Assembly: GCA_030390025.1 (NCBI GenBank)
Contig: CM059432.1
Span: 99,140,001 to 99,204,000 of the forward strand
DNA from: Squalus acanthias
Taxonomy: Eukaryota
Direction of reading: 5' to 3'
Length of the DNA: 64,000 nt
Shown here: in pieces, positions 11,901-22,705 of the stretch
How the letters are laid out: each line of letters begins with the position of its first letter
Position numbering within the stretch: position 1 is the stretch's first letter
Position numbers and translations under genes: made by a program
Notes under the pieces: model-generated
Seen by the model: the letters and a program-made list of their open reading frames with translations, nothing else
What the model was told of the DNA's origin: nothing
Databases searched by the model: none

Positions 11901-12914
11901 CACAAGGGGACTCACTTGGGTGATGTTTCTTTTTTTCTGACTGTTGCTGATATATTTTGTTATGTGTTAAAGATAAATTATGTCAAACAGTTGATTGTGT
12001 GGCCTTTGTGTTCTGGGAAATGACAAAAGCGCATTGAGTGCTCAGGGCAACTTGCTGATGGTAAAAGTGATAGGAAATAAGAGGGTATAGCAGAGATGAA
12101 GTGTGACATTGGTCAAGTGTCGCCTGCAATTACAGAGCCATATGGTGGCCACCTATGGTTGAAGAGTAAGCTTATGGTCGTGTGTCATGGCAGTGTGCAT
12201 ACCCTGGTTGACGGCAGCAGTGAACTGGGGGGATGCTGCATTGGTCACAACAGGGCATGCAAGGCTCCCCTCATCCTCCTCCTACTCCTCTTCCCAGGAA
12301 GATCTGTGCTGAGCCACGCGGCTGCTACTACCCCAATTATGAGGGCCAGGATGAGAGGGCATAAATGTTTCCCATCCCCTTGCTATAGATTTCATTTGAG
12401 GCAACAATCTTGCAAGCGCACAGTTGAAGTGGCCTGAAATATTTCCATTGATGACACACTGCAGATGGGTGTCAGCATGAACAGTCACAAGGTCAATAGA
12501 TGTGTAAAATGTTATCCCATACCTACAACAGCAAAGTTGTTGCATTTGAATGTCAGCCATGTTTCGGGGGCGCTTTTAAAGCGCTCCACCAATGCATACA
12601 AATCATGTCCTCCAGCAACTCGTCTCCTTGAACCTGATCTGTTTCTGACTAGTCGGGAAACAGGAGCCAGAAGCAGGAAAATGGGAAACCTCTATGAAAA
12701 TAAGATTAGCAAGGCAGTTAACAGGCTGTTAACTGCCTTAACTACCTGTCCCACCGGTTGGAGACGGATCAGTTTGGGCGCGGCTAAACAGACACTCAGG
12801 AAAACGGGTGGGGGCAGATTGGAGACGGGTTGGGTATCTGAAGCCATTTTTCTTGATTTTCCCCAACAGACCCGCCTACAAACCCGCCTCCTCAGGGCTA
12901 TTAAAATCGAGCCC
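8902..12914 (+). mobile_element. Harbinger element B (Myb gene retained, transposase core absent)
   Basis: TIR GGGCTCGATTTTAAT at both ends; TSD ATG/ACG; Myb exons ~9165-9403, ~9748-9907, ~10871-11900 homologous to element A, with stops. Confidence 0.92.
9994..10814. mobile_element. Non-autonomous Harbinger MITE nested in intron 2 of element B
   Basis: TIRs GGGGGTGATTTT / GGGGGCGATTTT; TSD GAT. Confidence 0.9.
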
Positions 12915-12970
12915 ACGAGTTCAAATCCCATGGCAGCTGGAGAATTTAAATTCAGTTCATTAGAAAGATA

Positions 12971-13438
12971 GAAGAAAGAATTGCATTTATATAGCGCCTT
13001 TCATGACCACAGGATGTTTCAAAGCTCTTTACAGCCAACAAAGTACTTTTGGAGTGTAGTCACTGTTGCAATGTGGGATATGCGGCAGCCAATTCGCGCA
13101 CAGCAAGCTCCCACAAACAGTAATGTGATCATTCTCAGATAATCTGTTTTTGTTATGTTGATTGAGGGATAATTATTGGCCAGGACACCGGGGATAACTC
13201 CCCTGCTCTTCTTCAAAATAGTGCCGTAGGATCTTTTACGTCCACGTGAGAGGGCAGACAGGGCCTCGGTTTAACGTCTCATCTGAAAGACAGCACCTCC
13301 GACAGTGCAGCATTTCTTCAGCATTGCACTGGAGTGTCAGCTTAGATTTATGTGCTCAAGTCCTATTGAGTGGGATTATGAACCCACAACCTTCTGACTC
13401 AGAGGCAAGTGTGCTACCCACTGAGCCACAGCTGACAC
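12971..13438 (-). mobile_element. Near full-length DeuSINE (SacSINE1-like)
   Basis: tRNA-like head GTGTCAGCTGTGGCTCAGTGGGTAGCAC with B-box, Deu-domain-like core, tail GCGCTATATAAATGCAA-(TTCT)n; family name from recalled consensus. Confidence 0.85.
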
Positions 13439-13441
13439 ATA

Positions 13442-13710
13442 GGGCTGGATTTTCTCAATAGAGACGAGTTAGAGGCGGGACTGTTGCTTGTCGTGTCAAT
13501 GTCCCACCTCCATCCTCGTCTGACCAACCAGAGGGATTTTCCCCTGATTGACCTTGTTAAGCCCGCCCTGCGGGCTCAGTAGGCCAATTAGGGAGGAAGT
13601 CACTGACAGAGCACGTCAACATCAGACGTGCTATCTGTCAAGACTTCTTGGAAGAAGAAATGTCAGCGTTTGACAGCTCTGTGAAGCTGTCAAACACTGA
13701 CATTCTCTGT
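13442..13710. mobile_element. One-ended Harbinger MITE fragment related to 9994-10814
   Basis: Starts GGGCTGGATTTT; colinear similarity to 9994-10260. Confidence 0.8.
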
Positions 13711-14596
13711 AGTTTGATGAGACTTTATGTTCAGGACTCATCAAACCTTTCAACTTTGTATAACTCATTGCATTCAGATTCATCTCCTTCAAGGAACTCC
13801 ATAGAACAACTATAGCAACAACCTCCACATCTAGTTTAAACACTCTCCACATTCTATCTGTCTTGCCTGACAACACCTCAAACCCTTTTGTTTCGGTGGA
13901 ACCCATCAGGTCTCTATAAGCTCCCTCTATTCCGAAAGCTGTAGCACTGTTTCACTACAGCAAAGACTCAGCGACGCTTGGTCTGCCTAATTCCCCTCTG
14001 TCTCTCTTGACCAACACATGACATGGGTAGTATTTCAGAAAGTGCTACAATTGACACAGTATTGGGGACTCCAGGACAATCCTGGAGGGGTGTGTAAAAC
14101 ATGTTTTGAAATTAGCTGGAGAGAAATGTGAGGTGACAGGTCTCGAGGAGCAGACTGAGGAGAGGGTCTGTACATTGAATGGGGACATGTCAAAAAGAGC
14201 CAGAAGAGTTAGGGATTCAGAAACACAAACCTCTCCGAAGGGTTACTTCCTCCCCGCCTGTTCCGAATTTTTGCCAGACACTTTTCAGGTTTAACATGGA
14301 TGGTGCGGGGTGGGGGGTGGGGGAGGGGTGTGTTCGTGTCGTCACAGTCAAGCCTCTGCCCGAACCAAACTCCCACAGTGACAGCATTAGAATGGCGGAG
14401 GCCGGCAGATTCCCCTTCACTGTTGGTGCAATCATTCTTTTCACAATTAAGTGCTCTTTTTCTGTTACTTTCGATTTACATACTCGGTTTTTATCGAGCA
14501 GTGATTATTTTATATTGGAATAATGTTTAAGGGATGTGGTGTGTTCATTGTCTGTACAATAACTCCGTGACCCAGTGTGAGAAGTAAAACACAAAC

Positions 14597-14617
14597 CGCC
14601 CAGCGTGGGGCTCGAAC
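14597..14617 (-). pseudogene. tRNA-Lys(CTT) 3' fragment
   Basis: GTTCGAGCCCCACGCTGGGCG is 1 mismatch from the vertebrate tRNA-Lys(CTT) 3' end; followed by a T-rich tract. Confidence 0.7.
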
Positions 14618-14622
14618 AATCT

Positions 14623-14699
14623 GGACAGCTTTTATCACAGTTGTTTAGAGCGTGGTGCAAATATCGCTAAGGGCACGGGTTTAATCCCTGTACAGGTCA
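14623..14699 (+). pseudogene. Degenerate tRNA-Ile(AAT)
   Basis: CAGTTGTTTAGAGCGTGGTGCAAATATCGCTAAGGGCACGGGTTTAATCCCTGTACAGGTCA is colinear with vertebrate tRNA-Ile(AAT); B-box mutated. Confidence 0.8.
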
Positions 14700-15200
14700 T
14701 CAGCAGTTTATTTCTTACTTTTTCGGTTTCTCCTGACATTGAAAATCCAGACTTTACAAAAAATCTACACAAACTGTCAGGGGGAAATTATTTTCAATAA
14801 CATCCATTTCACCTTTGCACTGGGCGGAGCAAAACATCTTTCTGTTTATTTGTCTTTCTTCGGTTTGCTGATAAACGTTTAACTCGCGGCCTGTTCCCGT
14901 TAATGGTCACAAGCAGTAACAGACAGACAGAGCGTGTCTGATCGTCCCGAGATGTGTAAAAGGCATCAGTTTAGGACAAATGCATCAAATCAAATGTTCA
15001 CCCGGCACCGAGAGAGACAAAAACCACAGAAAGGGGCAGAAGGAGACAGAGAAATAAAAGCTAAATACAGCCAATAGTTTCCATCCTTGATGACTCTCTC
15101 TATTCAAACCCAACCCTTCAGTGGCGGATAAAAGACTTCAGTTTAAATTGGTAAGTTCGAGAAAAGGACCCAAAGAAAGAGACACAAAATATCTAAAAGC

Positions 15201-15228
15201 CGCCGAATCCCAAATGAGCTATTTCGGC
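15201..15228 (-). pseudogene. tRNA-Phe(GAA) remnant with internal deletion
   Basis: GCCGAAATAGCTCATTTGGGA (20/21 to the tRNA-Phe 5' end) joined to the TTCGGC 3' acceptor strand, then GCTTTT. Confidence 0.7.
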
Positions 15229-15718
15229 CTCACATCAAAGTGATTTTCGTGTCATTCTTTTAAAGAAACTCTAATCCCTCCTGCTCATTAATGACTTCGG
15301 GGGAATGGGACCCGAACAGATCTCGGAGCTCAGGTTATGTTAATGTTCTGCTGACGTGTTTATAAACATCTAAAGCTGACACTCCAGGGGAGACCTCACA
15401 GGGTTGGACACAGAGTGAAGTATACTGAAGTTTTTATAAGAAGTTACAGAGCACAACATGTGTGTAAAATTCCCCTTTGTTTTCCTGGCACTGATGCGTT
15501 GTGAAGGGTGAGACTGGCCGGAAGTTCCACTGAGCTGCACTGACGCCGAGCTGTAGGTGAAATGATGTGAAGTTCAACGAGAGTGAGATAAGAGTCCAGA
15601 ATCATGGAGAGATTTTCTGATATTGTTGTTGAATCTCATTTACATCAAGCAATCCTTGGACTCTCTGCTGCGGAATTCAGAGCTGAAGATCGCCTGTAAA
15701 ATCAGCAGTAAAAATAAC

Positions 15719-15753
15719 CGCCCAACGTGTTCTACCGACTGAGTTAGCCGGTC
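15719..15753 (-). pseudogene. tRNA-Lys(CTT) remnant with internal deletion
   Basis: GACCGGCTAACTCAGTCGGTAGAACA joined to CGTTGGGCG, followed by a GTTATTTTT terminator-like tract. Confidence 0.78.
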
Positions 15754-15877
15754 CTGTCTGCAGCAGTTCTCTCTGTCTGTCTTTATCAGTAAATCGAGCG
15801 GCCAAAGCCCGATTGAAAGATGGATTCCTCTCACTGACCGATCATAAAACCCAGATCTTCTATTATTTCACCTTCTA

Positions 15878-15967
15878 AGATCAGCCATGATCTCATTGAA
15901 TGGCGGAGCAGGCTCGAAGGGCCGAATGGCCTACACCTGCTCCTATTTCTTGTGTTCTTATGTTCTT
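15878..15967 (+). mobile_element. CR1 LINE / V-SINE 3' tail
   Basis: GATCAGCCATGATCTCATTGAATGGCGGAGCAGGCTCGAAGGGCCGAATGGCC followed by (TATGTTCT)-type repeats. Confidence 0.85.
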
Positions 15968-16074
15968 AAACATTCACATCCATTTTGCTTAGTATTTATT
16001 TCTCTCTTTTTTTATTCTGTTCGTGCTTTTTCTTATAAGCATTTCACTATAGTTATTTATTAGAAGGAAGAAAT

Positions 16075-16357
16075 GAACAGAAGTGATTTACTGGAATGGT
16101 ACCAGGGACGAGGGACTTCAGAATGTGGGGGACTGGAGAAGCTGGGGTTGTTCTCCTCAGAGCAGAGGTTTTGACAGAGATGTTTAAATTCATGAACGGG
16201 TTTGATATCGTAAATGAGGAGAAACATTTTTCCAGTGGTTAAAGAATCGGTGACCAGAGGACACAGATTGAAGGTGATTGGCAGAAGAATCCAGGGCGAC
16301 ATTAGGAACCATTTTTTTTTTACACTGCGAGTTATTGGGATCTGGAATGCACTGCCT
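16075..16357 (+). mobile_element. Degenerate CR1 ORF2 C-terminal fragment
   Basis: GLEKLGLFSSEQR and TRGHRLKV motifs. Confidence 0.8.
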
Positions 16358-16767
16358 CAATTCACAATTAAACAGATGTGTCCCAATAAATGAATAATTA
16401 ATTCAGATATATCTACAGAGACTTGTAACTTGCAGAGATAATAAACATTTACATCGAACACAAGTCAGGAATACATTTGTATCTAGTGGGAATGCACCCA
16501 GTATATTTACAGCTCTCACAGCTGCTGGGTGGAGCGTTCCTTGGTGGGCCAGGGGTTGGAATTCGGTGCAACCAGAGCACGGGCTTGATTTCCGGTCTGA
16601 TTTTTATAAAACAGTTGTGCAGTTTATTAAATCAATTACACGAACATATAATTAAAGGCAGTATCACGATGAATAAATGTTTTAATCGCCATTAATAAAC
16701 CGATAACTTTCTGTTGCAGACTGGAGGAAATGTTAGCATGTTGGCCGAATGACAGTCAGACTTTAAT

Positions 16768-17521
16768 GGGCCAGAAATTCGGCTTTCAGGCTTCCTGTGG
16801 GTGCAAGCATCGCGCGCATACTTGCCTACCGCGCCTGCCGTTGTGCTTTGGGCCCACGAGGACTTCGGCTCCTGGGCCTCCTCCAGCTGCCGGTGTGCAG
16901 TGCTTGCGTATCCCAGGGGCGCAGTTAGTTCGAAGCGTCCCCTGGGATCACGTGGGCCATGGAGAGCCAATCCTAACAGGGCATTTTCATTCATAGATTT
17001 GACAGGAAGACCTGTCAATAGAGATTGGCCCCAAAACCACACATAAACTTCAAATAAATTTTTTTAAAAATCACATTTTTAAAATAACTATAAGTTACAT
17101 AAATTAACTACTTTAAACAAAAATTTTAATTTTTGAAAAAATTTATTATACTTTTTAACGGTGCTAAAAATAAACTTACCTTTCTTTAAAGTATCTAAAA
17201 AAGATAAACCTGTTGAAAAAATGTTTAAATTGTAATTAATTAACCACTTACCTTGTTAAAAACAGGCCTTGCGCTTCCTTTTTAAAAGTGCAGCTTCTCC
17301 ATACTTACCCTTCCGGAGAAACCTAAAAAAAAAAACGAAGTTCGCTGCGTGCGCGCTGCCTCTCCCGCACACGTGTTCGACTTCTGAACCCCTTCCTTCA
17401 GGGGAACGGAAGTTCCGGTTTCCCGCGCATGCGCACTGCATGCAGGAAACCGACACTTCAGGTGGCCTTACGGGTGCATATACAGCGCGTACTCACCCGA
17501 CAAGAGCCGAATTTTTGGTCC
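16768..17521. mobile_element. Harbinger-type MITE (~755 bp)
   Basis: TIRs GGGCCAGAAATTCGGCT / GGACCAAAAATTCGGCT; flanks AAT/ATT; colinear with 33535-34299. Confidence 0.85.
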
Positions 17522-17635
17522 ATTATGTATTTGTGATGTGCCTTTGTCCGTTCCCATCCCAAAGGCTTGCAGCACTTTCAAACAAGAAGCAACCAACCTC
17601 TGTGGGATCATAAGAATATTTTGTTCTTTAAAAAA

Positions 17636-17710
17636 ATGCCCCACTGGGAACCGAACCCAGGCCCTTCCTGTATACTAGACAGGCGCTTTGACCAGCTAAG
17701 CCACGGAGCC
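17636..17710 (-). pseudogene. Full-length but mutated tRNA-Thr(AGT)
   Basis: GGCTCCGTGGCTTAGCTGGTCAAAGCGCCTGTCTAGTATACAGGAAGGGCCTGGGTTCGGTTCCCAGTGGGGCA followed by a T-run; first acceptor pair and T-loop altered. Confidence 0.88.
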
Positions 17711-18264
17711 AACTCACAACTAAAATTTCTCTGCTCCCCTCACTGATATCTGGTACCTGTGGTATCGCGTTCCACATTCCAACCACTCTTTGCATAAACA
17801 AGTTTTCCCTGAATTCCCTACTGGATTTATTATTGAGGATCTTATATTTATGACATCTAGTTTTACTTAGTGTGACACAAGAGGACTGGCGGCTGCTGTT
17901 GTATAAAATCCACTGTCAAAGACCCGCACTCCGTACATGCACACCTGAGGTTGTATAATAGAGGGACACTGGTGAAGATTGTTGAATTGAGGGGGCACTG
18001 GTTGGGTTTATATGACAGAGTGGAGCAGGACTTGCCGTTGTGTGGTAGTGAGGTGGGAAATATTTTGGTGAATTTGTCTGGAGCTGATTTTTTGGCCCAG
18101 TTGATTTGCTCCATCCAGAAAACCAACCCGCCCTCCATCCACGGCAGGTTTTCCCTTCCATCAGCTCATCCCCAAAACCCAGCTTTAAACAGCAATAAAA
18201 ACACTGGAACCACACAGCGGGTCATTCAACATCTGTGGAGACAACAGACACGTTTATTTTAGGG

Positions 18265-18347
18265 GTTTGGACCATTTTTTCACGGACCACCTGCAGTACC
18301 CTCGCGGACCACTGGTGGTCCGCGGACCACAGGTTGGGAACCACTGG
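18265..18347 (-). mobile_element. hAT-Charlie-like terminal fragment
   Basis: Terminus CAGTGGTTCCCAACCTGTGGTCCGCGGACCAC; partner end not found. Confidence 0.7.
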
Positions 18348-18525
18348 CTTAGATGCTTTCAAAAGGAAACTAGACAAGTACATGAGAGAAAAAAGAATGG
18401 AAAGATATGCTGAAAGGCTGAGATGAGGTAGATAAAATGGGAGGAGACTCATGTGGGATATAAACACCAGCACAGACCAGTTGGGCCGAATGGCCTGCTT
18501 CTGTGCTGTATATTCCTATGTAATT
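18348..18525 (+). mobile_element. CR1 3' end
   Basis: DAFKRKLDKYM followed by the GGGCCGAATGGCCTGCTTCTGTGCTGTA tail. Confidence 0.8.
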
Positions 18526-18854
18526 AATTCCCTATTTATATCAACTCGTCCATATTAAGATTGAGTGACTTGCTACATGTGAGTGGATCACATTCTCAAA
18601 TTAATGAAATTATCCCTGAGAAGTGTTCCACTTTTAATAATAAGAGAACAGATATATAAGTAATGCTAGTTGTGTTAAGATATGAAAATAAAATACTCGT
18701 ACACACAAATAAATAATCTTGTCAATGACTTGTCATTTGTCCTTCCTTTTAGCATGTGAGATGCCAGTAGGAGTTAAGTTGGGTCAGTCAGGGGACATAT
18801 CCCAGGGAATTTGGTACTTTTTTCCCCATTCTGTACCCCAGAAATGGGAGCAAT

Positions 18855-19035
18855 GGGGTACAATTTCTCCCCCAGAAACTGCCGAGTGTCCATAGCAAGA
18901 AAACCGTTAAAACTGTCACATGTACCATGTGGAGGGAGGTGGCACTGACACTGAGTGCCAACTCTCTCACCCACAAGACTGCAGGCCAGTGCCAGAAGAA
19001 ATTCAATGACCTGACCAAGGCAGGCAAGGTAACAC
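18855..19035 (+). mobile_element. Old Harbinger Myb exon-1 fragment
   Basis: MWREVALTLSANSLTHKTAGQCQKKFNDLTKAGK followed by a GTAA donor. Confidence 0.7.
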
Positions 19036-19364
19036 ACCGGCCACTTTCCCTTTTCTTCCCGAGCACTCGCTTCATCCTCTAAAAGTAACAGCTGTGCATT
19101 TAACCCTTCACAATGCACGCTGGTAAAGAGCACTAACCCAGGATCTTACAGTATGGCTACTCCTAAAAGCAATTACTTGCCACAACTCTGGCTGATATTA
19201 CTGAGCTCACACATGGCTGCTTGAAATGAGTGGGTGCAATAAAAGTAGAGGGCCTTGGTCACCGTTATAGCAACAGAGAGTACAGTGCAAGCAGATGAGC
19301 GTGGTTGCAGGTTGTCATGCAGTAGGTGACAGTGCTTCCCCTTTTCCTATTTGGTAAAATGTAT

Positions 19365-19969
19365 TGTTATCTAGTCAGCTTAGTTATGCAAGTTCAATCA
19401 ATGATGGCAAGACAATTGACTCACAAGCAAAGTTCAATTATTCAAAGCACTGATTTTTAAATAAGGTTAAGTATTTACAAACAGGTGTCTTTTGAATTAC
19501 AATTCTTGAGTTCAATCTTTCCAGGTTGAATCCAAATTCTTGTTACAATACATTGGTTTAAATACCTTTGTTTCTTACTAGTTTCTTATCAAAATACCCT
19601 TATATGACAGATCCAGCATGGCAGCATAACCTAATCACGCCAGGTTCACATGCAACTTGACATTTCTGAGCTGCAGTGTACATGATACGATGATCAATTG
19701 ATATGGCTGAAGCTGACTCAACATTCAATTATCAACCATCCTACAAACTAAAGTAAGCAAATTTCTCATCTTCCTTTCCTCTAGCTCTGCAGGTATTCTT
19801 TAAGTTTTAGTATCAGTCAGTATCATATTCAAGGTTCACAGAATGCAGGTGGAATCTATTTTTTCAGATTGTTGATTAGGCAGAGAATTTGTGTGCATTT
19901 GTGAGAAATTGTGTGAATTTGAAAAGAGCATTCTACATTTTTACCCTCTTCCACCCATATTGTCTAACA
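19365..19969 (-). mobile_element. Probable 3' LTR (605 bp) preceded by a polypurine tract
   Basis: On the - strand AAAAGGGGGAAC directly precedes TGTTA...; candidate end ...TAACA at 19365. Confidence 0.6.
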
Positions 19970-20622
19970 GTTCCCCCTTTTGTTGACTTCAATGCAATTA
20001 AGGTCAACACGTAATCACATTTCATTAGCATCATGTACCTATCTCGATCTATTATGCTGCATAGGTGTCTAACCATTTGTATATCAGCATATCATCATGT
20101 ACATTATGAGTATCATTACACATTTTATAGCAAGTAGAGCTTTAAAGCCTATTTATCCCCAGATACTTCCATATATCAGAAAGTCAGCACTGGGACTTCA
20201 AAGATCTCCAGCGCTCTTTTATTGCCATCCATCTTATGGATGACTTTGACTGTGCTCTTTCCACCCAGCCATCAAGTGCCTCAACTTCAGTGTTAACTCA
20301 GGGAATGACAGCTGAATTTAGGGATCTCCAATTATATATCAATTCTTCCCTGAGTCTGTTGCACGTGTATAAGCAGGAAACTCGGAGCTACAACACCAAT
20401 GACCCTCATTAATGTAAATGACCTAATTTGAGTCTCAGTAGGCAGATTTCAGGCTGGGCCAAAAAATTCACAAGAATTCTGTGGGATTGATTTTGGGGAC
20501 AACAACTGGTGGGAACGCCTTCTGTCCCATTTTGCTGCCAAAAGAAAACACTTGCCTTGATTATACATTTAAATTATACCAAAAACATTGAGAAATTGCA
20601 AAGCCATTTGCAAATTTTTCTT

Positions 20623-22123
20623 AAAGCAAAATACTGTGGATGCTGGAAATCTGAAATAAAAACAGAAAATGCTGGAAATACTCAGCAGGTCAGGCAGCAT
20701 CTGTGGAGAGAGAAACAGAGTTAATGTTTCAGGTCGATGACCCTTCGTCAGAACTGGAAAAAGCTGGAGATGGAACAGGTTTTTAAGCAAGTGCAGAGGC
20801 CGGGAAAGGGGGGAGGGGAGGAAAGAACAAAAGGGAAGGTCTGTGATAGGATGGAAGGCAGGAGAGATTAAGAGACATTAAGAGAGATTAAGAAATGGTG
20901 CAAGGCAAAAGGAGATGGTAATGGAACAAGTTAAGAAACAAAAGATGGCTCTAGATGAAGTATAAATGACACTGGCAGAATGAAAGACAGCTGCAATGTG
21001 GGGGAGAGAAAAAAAAAGAAAATAAATAAATAAGTGGAAAAAAAAGGATAGGGGCAGAGGTTATGGTCTGAAATTGTTGAACTCTATGTTGAGTCCAGAA
21101 GGCTGTAAAGTGCCTAATCGAAAGATGAGGTGCTGTTACTTGAGCTTACGTTGAGCTTCATTGGAACAGTGTAAGAGGCCGAGGACGGTGAGGTCTGAGT
21201 GGGAGTGGAGCGGAGAATTAAAGTGACAGGCGACCGGAAGCTCAGGGTCACCCTTATGGACTGAATGGAGGTGTTCCGCAAAGCGGTCACCCAATCTGCC
21301 TTTGGTCTCCCCAATGTAGAGGAGACCGCATCGTGAGCAGTGAATACAGTATACTAAATTGCAAGAAGTACAAGTAAATCGCTGTTTCACCTGGAAGGAG
21401 TGTTTGGGACCCTGGACAGTGGGAAGGGTGGAGGTAAAAGGGCATGTGTTGCATCTCCAGTGCTTGCACGGGAAGGTGCCGGGCGAAGGGGAGGGTGTGT
21501 TGGCGGTGATAGAAGAGTGGACCAGGGTGTCGCGGAGGGAGCGGTCCCTTCGGAATGCTGAAAGGGGAGGTGAGGGGAAGATGGGTTTGGAGGTGGGATC
21601 ATGCTGGAGGTGGCGAAAAATGACGAAGGATGATCCGTTGAATGTGGAGGCTGGTGGGGTGAAAGGTGAGGACAAGGGGAGCCCTATCGTGGTTCTGGGA
21701 GGGTGGGGGAAGGGGTGAGAGCAGAAGTGCGGGAAATAGAACGGAGGCGGTCAAGGGCCATGTCAACCACAGTAGAGGGGAATCCTCGGTTGAGGAAAAA
21801 GGAAGACTCGTGCTTCCGACGTGTGCTTCCGCCATCTTTTGTTTCTTAACTTGTCCCATTACCATCAACTTTTGCCTTGCACCATTTCTTAATCTCTCTT
21901 AATGTCTCTTACTCTCTCCTGCCTTCCATCCTATCACAGACCTTCCCTTTTGTTCTTTCCTCCCCTCCCCCCTTTCCCTGCCCCTGCACTTGCTTAAAAA
22001 CCTGTTCCATCTCCAGCTTTTTCCAGTTCTGACGATGGGTCATTGACCTGAAACGTTAACTCTGTTTCTCTCTCCACAGATGCTGCCTGACCTGCTGAGT
22101 ATTTCCAGCATTTTCTGTTTTTA
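20623..22123 (-). mobile_element. Penelope-like element: GIY-YIG fragment between inverted pLTRs
   Basis: ORF 21136-21675 (NLVYCIHCSRCGLLYIGETKGRLGDRFAEH); ~300-bp inverted arms at ~20650-20950 and ~21830-22123; 15-bp TSD TTGCAAATTTTTCTT at 20608-20622 and 22124-22138. Confidence 0.92.
22025..22061 (+). ncRNA. Minimal type I hammerhead ribozyme motif in the Penelope pLTR
   Basis: AGTT-CTGACGA-T-GGGTC-ATT-GACCT-GAAA-CGTT-AACT: core boxes CUGANGA and GAAA, stem I AGUU/AACU, stem II, palindromic ACGU in place of stem III. Confidence 0.75.
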
Positions 22124-22482
22124 TTGCAAATTTTTCTTGATTACTTTTTAACTATAACTTAAAAGTAACTTGTAAACATTTCTTTTTTTAGGCTAACCTG
22201 CAGATGCACATTTAGCAAGAATCTGAAAAGTGGGGGAAATGGCAAAGTCTCTGTTACTGCTTTTTTGCTCATCTGGTTATTCAGATCTACTTTGATCTAC
22301 CTTGTTAAACTTTTCACAAAGAGAAAAATATGCCTCAAGTTGCTTTTTGCCAATAGGCTTCAGCTACTTAAAGCCATTAGCTTCTGCTGTGCCAAACAGT
22401 ATTCTGGGAAGAATAGCACCTGGTTTACTAAGTATACAATTGTCTATCATAGTATCTAGCTTTTTGCTTGCTTTACTCATTA

Positions 22483-22705
22483 AAAAGAGAAAGACTTGCA
22501 TTTATATTGTGCGTTTCATGACCTCAGTAGGTCTCAAAGCAATTTACAGCCAATGAAGTACTTTTTTGAAGTGTAGTTACTGTTGTAATGTAGGAAACAC
22601 AGCAGCCAATTTGCACCCAGCAAGGTCCCACAAACAGCAATGAGATAAATGACCAGATAATCTGCTTTTAGGTATTGGTTGAGGGATAAATACTAGCCAG
22701 GACAT
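22483..22705 (-). mobile_element. 5'-truncated DeuSINE
   Basis: Colinear with 12971-13190. Confidence 0.85.

Larger units (their letters stand above)
4128..12960 (+). mobile_element. tRNA-headed SINE split into three pieces (4128-4155, 8847-8901, 12915-12960) by later insertions
   Basis: The rejoined pieces match the SINE copies at ~34375-34560 (+) and 58240-58694 (-). Confidence 0.8.

Noticed and set aside
17636..17710. Functional tRNA-Thr
   Set aside because: First acceptor pair mismatched, T-loop TTCGGTT lacks the conserved A, variable loop altered.
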